Below, one piece after another: positions 63,871-64,000 of a stretch of 64,000 bases of DNA. The position numbers and the translations under genes are program-made. This stretch comes from Chrysomallon squamiferum (Eukaryota; Animalia; Mollusca). The DNA lies in the NCBI GenBank assembly GCA_012295275.1, contig CM022665.1, positions 33,728,001 through 33,792,000 of the forward strand, written 5' to 3'. Each line of letters starts with the position of its first letter. Position 1 is the stretch's first letter. The notes beneath the pieces are model-generated. The model searched no databases and was not told where the DNA came from. It saw only the letters and a list, made by a program, of their open reading frames with translations.

Positions 63871-64000
63871 GTAAGAAACTATAATTTCCAAATATAAAAA
63901 TATACTTTTACAATATTTTTTGTTATGAAAAATTAAAAAGTTTATGTCAGTCTGACCTTCACTCATTTTCTGTATTCAGACAATTAAAAATATTTTCCAA

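Overview
AT-rich, CpG-poor eukaryotic DNA, full of microsatellites and decayed repeats. It looks like an invertebrate, plausibly a mollusc, but the taxon cannot be proven from the sequence. The window appears to lie entirely inside one + strand gene, a phosphoinositide phospholipase C beta (Plc21C/PLCB1-3-like). I assembled 11 GT-AG coding exons from 16603 to 63870 (1245 nt, 415 codons, one open frame), covering PH domain, EF-hands and most of the catalytic X box. I found no start-codon exon in the window, and the Y box, C2 domain and tail lie downstream. The introns hold a decayed TGT...ACA DNA transposon with KRBA2/SCAND3 (Ginger-type) integrase remnants in a (TA)n tract, an internally deleted Tigger/pogo element, a CpG-rich composite insertion with a long foldback, old tRNA-SINE-like copies, many minisatellites and several near-perfect palindromes. 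Best leads: (1) a frame-preserving 6-nt microexon candidate at 58581-58586 with a downstream TGCATG; (2) an X-box intron built largely from tandem copies of both neighbouring exon edges, including duplicated splice sites; (3) the Ginger-like fossil. There are no prokaryotic features. All coordinates and translations were read by eye, with no searches run.
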